A stretch of DNA of 61,152 nt, filler included, from Circinaria calcarea (GCA_051942165.1; 19 parts of 19 records of this genome joined end to end with filler, not necessarily neighbours in it); one strand, 5' to 3'. Numbered from the whole stretch's first letter, positions 12,618 to 24,093 are shown. The notes: generated by a model not told the origin, from the sequence alone. A program made the numbers and translations.

Positions 12618-13390
12618 ACCGTCTATTGTCAACGCACTCGGCTTGCAAAAAGGGAAATCGTCAGCCGACGGGACAAAACCAAAATCGCGGAGGGCTGATC
12701 AAATTCCCCTTTACGTATCCAAACATGAGCCATAAAGCTAAATCCGCTGAGACGAGATCTTCTTATTATAACATTTAACCCTGAAAAGGGGCTTACGCCT
12801 GGGTGGACTACGCGAGAACACCGACACATTACGATAATTCANNNNNNNNNNNNNNNNNNNNNNNNNNNNNNNNNNNNNNNNNNNNTTAATTAATTAANNN
12901 NNNNNNNNNNNNNNNNNNNNNNNNNNNNNNNNNNNNNNNNNTTTCTTGTTGGAGGTTTCTGATGATTGGGGTTGAGGTGGGCTTGCTTGCTCGGTTGCTT
13001 TACTCGGTTTCTGGCTTTGGATTGTAACTTGATGCTTGCTATGAAATGACAATCAAAGAAAATCTCCCCTTGTCTCCGTTCCGAGTACGTGATTTGTGAC
13101 TATGACTGATTATGGAATGGGAATCTATATACTCGGTCCTAATTTCTCCCTCTGGAATCTAGATATTTTCCGCCCGCTCCGAGGTTGAATATTCCATTCC
13201 ACTCCTACAACCACTGCCTGTGAAACTGGAACTAGAGATACCAGGCATCGAGTTCTCCCTCCGCCGCCCTTTTTTCTCCCACGGGCAGACAACCGATCAT
13301 CTCCATCTATCCATCTACAATAACAGCCAACTCCATCCATCCATTCCTTACCCCAGCTTGCTCTCCCTCTCTTGACCCTGGCTTGCCGTT

Positions 13391-13458
13391 CTTTGCTACT
13401 GTCCGTCTTTTACTACTGCCCCCTTTTTACCACTGCCCCCTCTTTACTACTGCCCTCT
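13391..13458. repeat. Minisatellite, ~17-bp unit CTTTTACTACTGCCCC, about 4 copies
   Basis: ctttgctactgtccgt cttttactactgcccc cttttaccactgccccct ctttactactgccctct. Confidence 0.7.
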
Positions 13459-14927
13459 CCTATGGCCGCAAGGAAAAGTCAGAAAAAATGAAACAATCCA
13501 AGTTCATCGTATTTGAATGATTTCCATCTCGCACCTCGATCTATACTGTCTGGGGTTTGGAGTCGAAGGTCTGGAGTCGAGGGAGAGACACTGGTAGGTG
13601 TTGGTATAGGTGTAAATAACGCCGATACTATAGGTACGTATGTACGTATATAGGGATGGATAGATAGATTTATACGATCTCTACAAGATCTTTGGAAAGA
13701 ACATCTCTAACCGATCATCAGGGGGCCAATGGCTACCAATGATGATTCTCTCACCATCATCTCCAAAACTCCCTTGTAAACTGTATCCACAGTCTACTTA
13801 TGGATAGTGGAGGCAAGGTTTGGGGGTTTTTTGGACACGGATTTCGGATCTGGCGACTATCTAACTCAGAAGTCTTTTTGGTTTTGGGAGCATTCTTGCG
13901 ATTTAGAATGGAGAGTGGGGATTGGATTTTCTATGGTTTTGAACATAATTTGGAGATCCGGTTTGGAACTTGGAATCTAAAGTTTTTGCGAGTTTGCAAC
14001 GGGTTATAGGTTGAGACCACTATGGTAATTAATAGAAATCCGATCAATCTCCTCAGTTGTCCTGTACCGCATGCTAAAGCAAAGTATTACTTCCATATCC
14101 CTGACATGTCAATTCTTAGGTCTCCGTAAGTATGGGTAGGCGGGATAGTCTGTAAGAACTCTTATGATTCGGAGATAGAAGCGTGACTCTGCCGAGGATA
14201 CCTATGAGAATTTCTATAGTTCGCTCGTGGGTCTGGAAATAGCGAGTATCGCAACCCCTGAAAGGGCTCTCAGTCACGTGCATGCTTAAATCGGCAACGT
14301 ACCCCGGCCCGCGCGACGTGTTGTCCACGTCCTCGTTCCCTTTGAGGATGGCACAGGGGAAAGGGTTGCCGATGGGAGAAAGTGAGGTGTGAGTCTACCA
14401 GTCTCTGGTGGATGCAGAGTTGCATTGAAGGTCATGGGCTTTTGATGTTTAAGTAAGGTGGGTCCAGCGAGCGTCATACTCCATTTCTCATTCTTTGCTT
14501 AAAAGCCAGTCACTTTCACTTGTGTCTGCAGGAAAGATTGATAATTTCATCGGCTACGGTTGTCGACTTCTTAACCGTCCGCTCTGACTTGCCCCCCGGG
14601 GCTTTTGCAAACGGCAACTTTACGCTGCTGCCCTTCCCCCTCCAGTGTGAGCAGCAACTCTAAGCCGTATGTCTCATGCGTGCATCCACTATAGTGAATC
14701 AACGATTCACCCGTGTGAACTTCCAACCGGAACACTTCCGCTTCAGTTCATGCACGTTTCTGTCTCGAGCAACTCTATCTGTTGGTGTTGTGCCACACGC
14801 GGACACCTCGCAGAGTTCGTCTCTCTAAAGTACTTCAATAGCCTGTCAAGTACGTCCTTTCACATCTCTCTCCATCTCACCTCTTAAGCCCACAAAACCC
14901 AAAAGTCAATATTCTCACCCATCAAAA

Positions 14928-15851
14928 ATGAACTTCTTCCACCGCCACCACCATCAAGACGCCCCCACTCCCCTCGCTCCACCAACTCCTCCTTCTGATC
15001 CCACCCCATCAACCCCTCAAATCTGGAGCACCCGCTACTCCCTACCTCTCTCCTCTCTCCTCCCCCTCTCCCTCGCCTTCCAAACCGACAACACCTCTCC
15101 GGACCTCATCCTCTCCATCCTCGCCCCCTTCTACGCAACCAACCCCAACTGGGACACCGTGACCCCCTACGCCATCAACCACGCCTGGCGACTCATGAAC
15201 ACGGACCAGCACTGGAGTATCTGGCGCGCGGAGCGGAGAGTCCGGGCGTATGTGGAGGCGCATGGGGACGAGCGGTTGCAGGAAGATGGGAGGCGCCAGA
15301 TGACGGAGCTTTTGGCGGCTGGGAAGGAAGAATGGGAGATTTTTACGGGGGTTAGTCAACCGCGGACAGAGGAGGAGAGGAAGAGTGAGGAGGGTGGGGG
15401 GAAGGAGATGGAGGAGGAGAGGGCGAGGGAGGGGAAGGTGGGAGGACCGGCCAACGCTCCTGATGGGAATTCTACGGATGTGCGTCACAGTGAAACCATG
15501 GTTGCTCAGCCCGGCACAGTGCCAGCCATCGTCCCTACTACCGCTACCCCAGAAGCGAAGAAGGAAGAAGAAGAAGAAGGCGGCGGCTTGGTCTCCAAGA
15601 TGGCAAAAATGGCATTTACGGGAGTGATGAAGCACCAGAAGAAGAAGAAGCAAAATGAGAAGGTGGAGAAGTATAGGGAGGAAGAGGCGGAGCGCGCGGA
15701 GGTGAGAGAGGAAGAGGTCGGTGGAGAGGGTGGGAATGAGGAAGGAGAAGAAGAAGAGGAAGAGGGATCCTCTTCTTCCTCTGAGGAGCAAGACGATGAA
15801 GGCGACGAAGATGAAGATGAAGAAGAAGAAGAAGACACCGAGGACGAGTAA
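14928..15851 (+). CDS. Hypothetical protein, 307 aa, Pro-rich N-terminus, small globular core, long acidic tail
   Basis: Single ORF with good start context (AAAAATG). Core WSTRYSLP..NPNWDTVTPYAINHAWRLMNTDQHWSIWRAERRVR; E/D-rich C-terminus. Confidence 0.7.
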   Translation: MNFFHRHHHQDAPTPLAPPTPPSDPTPSTPQIWSTRYSLPLSSLLPLSLAFQTDNTSPDLILSILAPFYATNPNWDTVTPYAINHAWRLMNTDQHWSIWRAERRVRAYVEAHGDERLQEDGRRQMTELLAAGKEEWEIFTGVSQPRTEEERKSEEGGGKEMEEERAREGKVGGPANAPDGNSTDVRHSETMVAQPGTVPAIVPTTATPEAKKEEEEEGGGLVSKMAKMAFTGVMKHQKKKKQNEKVEKYREEEAERAEVREEEVGGEGGNEEGEEEEEEGSSSSSEEQDDEGDEDEDEEEEEDTEDE

Positions 15852-16174
15852 GGATCATACCCATCCTACTCAACTACGTCCGACTACTCCGACCACTCAA
15901 CGGATAGATTTAATCACGATCCCAACACGCATGCATGCATGCCTGCCTTGCCTCTTCTCAATTGTTCTTACTTTTTTTTTAAACCCCCCCCCCATCCTGC
16001 ATTCGTGAGCTCTGGATTGAGAAATCAAATCAAATCCTAGATAGAATAACTACAAACTTTCCACTCCCCAAAACNNNNNNNNNNNNNNNNNNNNNNNNNN
16101 NNNNNNNNNNNNNNNNNNTTAATTAATTAANNNNNNNNNNNNNNNNNNNNNNNNNNNNNNNNNNNNNNNNNNNN

Positions 16175-16478
16175 AGACAGTCGTGTAGTAATATTTATTT
16201 ATATTATTTAATTATTAATATAATTCTATATTTATAAATAATTATTTTATATATATAAAAACTTTACCCGAGAACTCTTATAAATCCTACGGGAGAATTA
16301 TACCCCGAGGTAACGAGGTATTAATTTAATAATAAAAGTTTTTTTCGCGAAATTTTATATTAGAATTTTTTAATAATAATTTATACGTTTACGCGAATTT
16401 ATTAAGTTTATTATTATATAATTTACCGACCCTTATCGTAAGATTATCGTATTATTCGTAGAGGATCCTTATAATTAA
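16175..16478. repeat. AT-rich RIP-degraded repeat DNA (left flank of the TIR cassette; 19192-19305 is the similar right flank)
   Basis: Very AT-rich, TpA-rich and CpA-poor by eye. Confidence 0.7.
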
Positions 16479-16606
16479 GGGGGGGGGATATGCTGCGGTA
16501 TTTAACCGGATACGGTATAATTTAAAAAAAAAATTTATAATTAGCGTTAATATCCCTCTATCGCGCACTGCGGTTTCCCTTTCTTTAAAGTGGCTCAAAA
16601 CTTAAT

Positions 16607-16913
16607 TTAAAATATGCTTGTACTTTTTTTCTTAATCCTCCACGCTTTAAAATATTCTGCCTTGAGCTCTAGGCCCTCCTGATTAGGCTGCATCATCATC
16701 GGGGAGGCTATGGCAGGCTTGAGTGGCAACATACTACGTAATAGACTGTGGTGCAGGGTCCTTGTCGCATCGTATTGTGGCTGACTGCAGGCTCCATCTG
16801 CCAATACCTTGTCGCCCTATTGGCAAGAGGTGGTGGGGTAGAATGCCTTCAGCCAGTCTTTTAGGGCAGCGATACTCTTTCGGGGCTTGATCGCTAGGTC
16901 GCACTCTTCGGCC
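16607..16913 (-). pseudogene. Possible third, divergent cargo ORF interrupted by a TAG
   Basis: ORFs 16817-17107 and 16607-16804 share a frame: MAEECDLAIKPRKSIAALKDWLKAFYPTTSCQ*GDKVLADGACSQPQY..AWRIKKKSTSIF*. It becomes AT-rich toward the left TIR. Confidence 0.3.
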
Positions 16914-17035
16914 ATTGCCTTCGTCTGAATACGCATGAAATGGACACAATAAAAACAATTCGGTGGTAAATATTGCATCTTCTGATCTACAAGAGGCACA
17001 ACTACCCATTCCTTCATTCGAATTGTGAACCAGAC

Positions 17036-17779
17036 ATGGCGGACCCCTTCTCTATTTTCGCGGCCAGTGTGGGACTTGCTCTCCCTGCCGGCCAGTTCAT
17101 TGCACAATTCACCGGTGTCAAGGATGAGGTAAGGTGGGTGTTACAGCAAATAAAGACGATCGCCGATGACATCGCCGAAGCCGAAACACTGTACCACGAT
17201 GCCAAATCCACGATGAGTGACGAAGAACAATTTCGGGTCACTGAAACGATCAAGAACTGCAAAGGAGCGTTGGATGGAGTAGCCAGGCTAGTTGAGCCAG
17301 CTCGCAGGAGTATAGCAACCTCGAAAACGGTCAACATCGCTCGACGCGTCGACTGGATCATCCAAAAAAGCAGCGCAATCAAATCGTGTCAACCCACCCT
17401 TGGTACTTGTCAAGCATCGTTACAATCACAGATCATCCAGCTTCGTATGATCAATCTAACTTTGGGCAATCAAGCGCTTGCTCTTTCAAAAAAGACTTGG
17501 ACTGGAGCAACGGCGAGGGAAGAGCTTAATGTTGAAGTGGACGCTGAGAGTGCCAGTAGTAGTGACGTCTCTTCCGGTGAAGCAGAGGATCAGGATCAAG
17601 ACCAGAATCACTTCCCTACCGAGCGCTCATCATCGGCGGAGATTCATCGCGAGCGTGAGCGATACGAATCGGTGCGACGACGACTCTCGAGTAAGTCGAA
17701 GCAGCTTACAATTCAACCACATCCAGAGCGCTCGAGATACAAGAGAATGCAACAGGATCATAGAGAGCGCTGGGGGTGA
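17036..17779 (+). CDS. 247-aa protein with a fungal STAND/NLR N-terminal-like (HeLo-like/SesA-type) helical domain and no NTPase domain
   Basis: Starts MADPFSIFAASVGLA, the hydrophobic MxDPxSI opening typical of these domains. Amphipathic helices follow (..IKNCKGALDGVARLVE..IARRVDWII..), then a low-complexity charged tail. Intact, intronless. Confidence 0.7.
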   Translation: MADPFSIFAASVGLALPAGQFIAQFTGVKDEVRWVLQQIKTIADDIAEAETLYHDAKSTMSDEEQFRVTETIKNCKGALDGVARLVEPARRSIATSKTVNIARRVDWIIQKSSAIKSCQPTLGTCQASLQSQIIQLRMINLTLGNQALALSKKTWTGATAREELNVEVDAESASSSDVSSGEAEDQDQDQNHFPTERSSSAEIHRERERYESVRRRLSSKSKQLTIQPHPERSRYKRMQQDHRERWG

Positions 17780-17839
17780 GAAATGTGACAATCTAGCTCG
17801 AGATTTCTTTCGAGGGCCTTTATAGGACGATGTGACCTG

Positions 17840-18986
17840 CTAATCATCCTCATCTATGTACTCGTAAACTGGTCTACAAATTATCTCTGGTTTTCGCAAT
17901 TTGCGGCCAGTGTTATCCCCCGTCTTGATTAGAGCTGGGAATACCATTAGACCTTCAATCTGATCTGGTCTCGCCTTCACTTTATCCACAAGACTAGACC
18001 CCGTTGAGCGCTCTATATAGCGTTTAAGCCAATCGAATTCGAATGTCGCCGGCTGCATTAATAGAAGCACCCCTAGTTGAGCAGCTTTGCTCACTATAGC
18101 CTCCAACTGGTCCATCCGTGGCCCCTCGCCCAACGTCGGATTCGCCAATGCTGAAAACCGGTTGTGCAGAACTTCGGATGCTTTTCTGACTTGGCATCGC
18201 TGGAAATCAGCAAAAACATCGCTCTCCCCCTTTTGTTGTAAGCGCAGCAAATTGGCGGCGGTTCTTCGCAATATTGAAGACGCCCCAAACCGGACTGCAT
18301 TTGATCAGCTATTGCAACTGTTTGTTTTTCGAAAGCTACTTACACGGCTCTGGCGTTTGAGGGGGAGCCATTTTGAGAAGAGCAACTATTTGCTTCGGAA
18401 GGAATGTCGTTTCAGGATCACCGTCAATTGCAATATTCTTGACAATCGAGTGGGTAAGAGTCCTTTGGATTAATGCGAGCTGGAATTCTTCTATGTCCAG
18501 GGCGGATTGAGGAATGAGTCCAATGTCATCACCAACACTGATAGCTTTGAGAAATTTCTCATTCGAGCTTGAATACGACATATTACTGTAATAGTTGTAT
18601 ACATGCGTGGCGATAGACCTTTCAAGGCTGATGATACTGTTCTGGATACGCGAGTCTTCAGCTGGCTGGAGAAAGTATTCTTCGAGATCTATAATGTTGC
18701 TAGGCATATATCTAGAATGGCCGCGTGGTTGCTGGGCCGTCTCCGCAGTCTCGACTCTTGGCACAGGAAGTGAGCTCCGAAAAAACCTGCTGAAGAACGA
18801 GATTGGATAGAACTCTTCCGACAACTGTGTTGTGCCTGGAGTTCGGTTGCCTCTTGCTGGGAGGGCTACTATACTGTTTGTTCTGGAAACCGTGCTCCTG
18901 CGTGGCGGTCTGTCAGGCTCTCGACCATGTACTGACCTCACATGTTGAACGCTATTCAGTTGAGGCGCGGAATGCGAATGAGACAT
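17840..18986 (-). CDS. 365-aa hypothetical protein, 2 exons, convergent with 17036-17779
   Basis: Exons 18986-18344 and 18294-17840, joined in frame by a 49-nt GTAAGT..GCTGAT..GCAG intron. The C-terminal motif LLLMQPATFEFDW..VFPALIKTGDNTG resembles a common uncharacterised fungal domain. Confidence 0.8.
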
Positions 18987-21728
18987 TGTAGCAGGAGGGT
19001 CAAAGTTTCTAAGCAGACCAGCAAATATCCTCGGATGATGAAACCTTAGACGAGTGGTTACGTCGTAGAAGTGCGGAAAGACGTTGTGATTTCACAGCGT
19101 GTTTAAATGCTGTTGCGCTTCTTATCGCATTACCAGAGATCCCTGAGCTATGCCGCATCCGGTTAAATGCCGCAGTATTCCCCCCCCCCCCTAATTTTTA
19201 ATAATTAATTATTATAGAATAACAAGAGCAATTGGCGCTGTGAAAATTAAATATATTATAAATTAAATATATAAGAATAAAAATTAATTATTAATAAATT
19301 AATTANNNNNNNNNNNNNNNNNNNNNNNNNNNNNNNNNNNNNNNNNNNNTTAATTAATTAANNNNNNNNNNNNNNNNNNNNNNNNNNNNNNNNNNNNNNN
19401 NNNNNGCGAAGGGGACGGCCATCCTGTCGTACGACATGGAGTTGAATTAAACAATAATAGCTATGTTTAGCGTGACCATGGAGGTGGGATTCCGCTAGAA
19501 ATCCTCGTCTGCTCGGAAAAGGGCAACGCTTGAGGCTATCCCGAAAGGGCCCCTTCCTCCATCTGGACCCACGATCTGGGCGGTGATACTGGCAAGTTCA
19601 CGCACACGCTTTATCTGGAATCATGCGGAAATTAGGTTTCCCAGCTCTCTCCAATGCAACTGCTTAAATCATTCGCGATTGCATCTGATGGGTATCATGA
19701 TTACTGTCAAGCTTCCCTGGTCTAGCAGACCAATCACGGGGATCATGAGCGCGACGCATCAAACGTCATTAGATGGGAATTTTCTTCAACGCCGATGAAT
19801 TAACAATCCACGCGTTGAGCCCACCTTCACTGAAATTCCATTAGGATCTGTCCAGGATGCTTGAGGAAGGTCCATGACCGCGTCAGCATTAACATCGCCC
19901 AGTTTTTCTTTAATTTCTCCCTAATTGCTCCGTATTCAATTCGGCCTTCGATGGGTCCAGCTCGTGTGTGGCCGCACAGACAAAACGCAATCAGCTTGGC
20001 ATTCGACATCCGCCGAGGAGCCAATCAGATAGGACTAATGTCGCCAGCGATCTGCCTTCTCCTCCAGCCGTCACCGCCGATGCTTTTCTTTTCCCACCCT
20101 CCACCTTACTGCAAAAGCCAAGTTCATCGACGCCGGATTGGCTTTGCCACGCGAAGAATGTGACGACCCACCGAGAAGCTGCATGAGCAGCAGCGCTTGT
20201 GTGAAAAGTAATATCAGGCAGGCCACGGAGGTGACATGCCAGACCATCGACACTTCTCCCGTTCCTCTCTCCCGTCAATCTTTGTCTCGGGGCCGCATCG
20301 AGTGATGATTTGCCTTTTACCATTTGTCCCGTTACTTTCCGATAATTACGCTGATTGTTTGAATTGTTTTCTTACTCTGTCGGTCCAACTGTGTTCTCCG
20401 AGTCGAGCACTGCTATCCATCGGAGCTTTCATAGAGCGATGGGATGATTCCTGACCCCCGTAACATTAGCTTCCATCTCTATAATTTTGATAGACGGCTG
20501 GCTTTGAGAATGTCAGGTTTTTCCTATACAGTGGGTAGCTTGTGATTTTCTTCTGTATCAATCTGATATTCGATTTGATGATGCTCAAAGTTACGATCGG
20601 GAGAGTGATTACATCTTCCACTTATAGCAGGAGCTTAATGCTCGGAATACAACACTTCATGAGCGAAAAAGAGCAGAGTGGTATCTTAAGTATACCATGA
20701 TATGACGGAAGGCACCCTTGAAGCCCTTGTGCTTGGATGTTCGGGTGCCGACAGGATAAGTGACAGTATAAAATAAACTGGCATGTCTTTTCGCAGGACC
20801 CTTCAGTATGCCCCGTCTTCAAAGGCTTCTGTTGCTATGGTCGAGGTATCGAGGTTACCACCTTAATTGGGGGTTTCAAGTGACTTGCCGTAATGGCATC
20901 ATGCCGCACTGGTCCCAAGAGTATCCGTCAAGACAGAAAAGAAGGCACTAGCATCTACCCAGATAAGTCTCTATGAGCAACCTGTAGAGAGGCAATCTTG
21001 ATCCTATACTGACGGTGGGATTGTGCAGCATATTTTAGGATTGCCATTACCTATTTCATTAAGCCTATTGGGCCGACAACCCCTATACCTAGAGAGACTG
21101 CTGATTGTGTATGGAAATACAGGACATCCCAAGGTCACTTGAGACTTTTGCAAACATTTAAAACCGGCTACGCTAAGCACTTTGTTACGAAGATCCATGG
21201 TTTAGTGTGTCTAAAACACGCTTGATTAGAACGGATACCACCATGCTCCGACCTAGGCCTCGATTCGTCCATCCGTGAGAAGATCCTCATCTCTCTAACC
21301 TGGCGATCGTACGGATCATCGAGCAGGAGGGGCCCGAGCCTCTACGAGGGAAAATTCCTCTGCATCAAAGCAGTCGAGGGGGCTCGCGCGCTCTCGGCAC
21401 TTATTAACCGCAAATCCGGCAGCCGTTCGTGCCAAGGGTATTCGCGCTATGCCCGCCTCGCCACCACGACAAGTTGTTCGCTTTTATCCCGGAGAAGAAC
21501 ATAGAGGTGGGGAACGCACAACCTTGGCCGTCGAACAGAGGGAGACCCTCTTGCAGCTCCTTTATTTCCTACTGGTCATCTGTACCTAGAGTAACTATGC
21601 CACCGCTGTGTGTTGGGCGAACTGTCGTCGAAGTCAATTACGACGGTGAGGACAAAAGTAAGGCGGATAAGTAGTTCCATAACCTTCGAACATTTCTCGG
21701 GGAAGCACAATGGGGGCCTTCATGATAC

Positions 21729-21875
21729 TATCCCTTAAACCGTCCCTCAGGCAGCCCGAACCGTGCGTTTTTTGAACGAACCAGGTTCTGGTCCGTGCCA
21801 GCCTAGCTGGCCAATCCTAACCTTGTATCCAAAAAACGCACGGTTCGGGCTGCCTGAGGGACGGTTTAAGGGATA
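21729..21875. mobile_element. MITE-like hairpin element with perfect 46-bp inverted arms
   Basis: 21729-21774 (TATCCCTTAAACCGTCCCTCAGGCAGCCCGAACCGTGCGTTTTTTG) is the exact reverse complement of 21830-21875. The 55-nt spacer is itself partly palindromic (GCCAGC-CTA-GCTGGC). TA at both ends fits a Tc1/mariner-type target duplication. Confidence 0.85.
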
Positions 21876-22636
21876 TCGTATTAGAACTTGGATTGACTAT
21901 GGTTATATCAACCTAGGTACCATTTCCTCCATGGAGCTTACAACCCGGATCATAATCGCGTACGAACATCTATTATGATTCAACAGATACACTACACCCA
22001 CTTCCACAGACAGGAACATTCTTACCAAACTCATCTAGGCGCTCAAGCGAGAGCCTTGGAGGAGGGGGGCAATTGGACAATTATTCCATTTCTGAGCAAT
22101 ACCCACCAGAAAGCTCTCCGATTCGTTCAACTGTTCACACACTTCACATTACACAAGCTCCGAACTTCCCGAAATTATATCTGGAGTGTCTATTATATTG
22201 ACGCCATCGAAACGTTTATATCTCCATCCCCATCCCGCAAGCCCGTTGACAGTTCACACAACCAATAAACATTCCCAGCTGCATCACTTCCTCCGCGTTC
22301 TCCCCCTCCCACCACTCCCTTGACGAGATTTACCCCTCCCAACAAGCTATTTTCGCTTTTACCAGCTTTCTAACTCAAAATACCTCCTTCCAACCAAGCC
22401 GACCCAACCCACTCAAAACCACTCCAGGGACATCTTCCCGGGCAGGAACGATCCCGTACGGGAAACAGATATCTCGGAAACCGCCTACCCGCGAAGACTA
22501 GCCACTATACATATCCTCCTTTCCCACCCCTGTCTCNNNNNNNNNNNNNNNNNNNNNNNNNNNNNNNNNNNNNNNNNNNNTTAATTAATTAANNNNNNNN
22601 NNNNNNNNNNNNNNNNNNNNNNNNNNNNNNNNNNNN

Positions 22637-23141
22637 GAATTTGTTTCACCTATGCCGGTATGTTTGCCCTCGAGTCCCTCGCCTCCGTCGGGGAGAAGTA
22701 CGAAAACAGTTCCCGTGTCCGCAAAGCCTGCGACTTCTTCCTCGCTAAGCAGAAAGAAGATGGCGGCTGGGGAGAAAATTATAAGAGCTGTGAGACGGGC
22801 GAGTATGTGCATCATGCGAAGAGCCAGGTCGTGCAAACTTGCTGGGCCCTGCTGGGGCTGATGGAGGCGGGCTTTCCGGATCGGGGGCCGATCGAGCGGG
22901 GAGTCCGTTTGGTGATGGGCAGGCAGAAGAGGAATGGCGAGTGGGAGCAGGAGGCTATCGAGGGGGTGTTCAATAAGAGTTGGTAAGTTTCTCTCTGTCT
23001 CTATCCTCTTCCTCCTATCTCACGATAACAGCTGACGGTGCTTGCCCCAGTATGATTTCTTACCCGAACTACAAGTTCATCTTCCCCGTCAAGGCTTTGG
23101 GGATGTTTGCGAAGCGATATGGCGATATTGAGATACTGTAG
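22637..23141 (+). CDS. ERG7: Lanosterol synthase / oxidosqualene cyclase, 3' part
   Basis: [23 protein letters not shown] (QW repeat)..[41 protein letters not shown]. Intron 22983-23050; stop TAG 23139-23141. Confidence 0.92.
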
Positions 23142-23521
23142 GGTTTTTCGCAGGGCTAGACGTCTTATCAAAAAGTTATCAGCTACCTCCCGCTTATCCT
23201 ATCTTTGAGAATTCTATGTTCCCTTCCTGAAATTCAGCAAGCCTGAACCAGTTAGTATCAATAAAGCATCAAGATGGTGCAATATTATCACGTAGTGAAG
23301 GCGTGCTCCCAGGTATATAGTATGTGTATTCAGTGTAAGATCGATGGGATGCAGACAGAACGGCTGCGCGAGACTAAATACATGGCCCATAGGGCTGCGC
23401 CGGGCCTACGTGCGCCCGTTACTTAGGGCTGACCTATGATAAATATTAAGCAGATGTCGAGGTGATAAGGCAAAAAGGTTAAGCCAGCACGTTAGAGAGA
23501 TTATGCTTATAATTCTATCCG

Positions 23522-23736
23522 AATTCAATTTTGGCTACTGCAAACGAATACCAAGCTGAAGCCTTCCAATCTCACATCTTATTATTTAACGCTTCTAACC
23601 TCCGTTAATAATATACTATGCAACTCCTGAAATCAACTGTTGGCTAATGCCAGGGCTATTAGGCTAAAGCCTTCCAATTTTTAATCTTGCCAGCTAAACT
23701 CTTATAGCCTCCATTAATATATGCTATACTATTTGA
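23522..23736. repeat. Diverged ~108-bp tandem duplication
   Basis: Both copies share TTGGCTA..GCTRAAGCCTTCCAAT..ATCTT..CCTCCRTTAATA..TGAAA. Confidence 0.65.
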
Positions 23737-24093
23737 AAAAGAAATGATCTACCCTGGCGTGTTCTAGCCGGCGGAGTTTGCCCTCTGTATATATGATGAT
23801 CCCGAGTTTTATTAAACTGCCTTCACCATCTTATGTTAAGGTTCCTTTCGTCGTTATTAAGATAAGGTAGCTTTAATTAAATTGTGCTGTTATTTATTTA
23901 TGCAGTAAGTATTATTCCAATCCGTTTTGCTTCACTATTTCCGTGAATAACCCTCCTATCTGTGCCCCTCATTGCGGAAACCACTTGAGTTCTTTTCACT
24001 TTAATCTATCATACATCATTTGGCAGTTCCTACCTTTTTCTCAGTCATTAAGTCTTGATCAAAATCTCGTTTTGTTGCAAGCCTACCAAGAAT

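Larger units (their letters stand above)
16479..19191. mobile_element. Non-autonomous TIR element carrying cargo genes (Pack-TIR-like), 2713 bp
   Basis: Left end TAA|G9-AT-ATGCTGCGGTATTTAACCGGATACGGTATAATTTAAAAA. Right end reverse complement G12-A-ATACTGCGGCATTTAACCGGATGCGGCATAGCTCAGGGA, with TAA after the C-run. 26/30 then 29/39 identity, and all 10 mismatches are transitions. No transposase inside. Confidence 0.75.

Noticed and set aside
15042..15873. Antisense ORFs over the acidic protein (likewise over SPP1, the apolipophorin-like gene and the DUF2306 gene)
   Set aside because: Shadow ORFs caused by codon bias of the real gene on the opposite strand.
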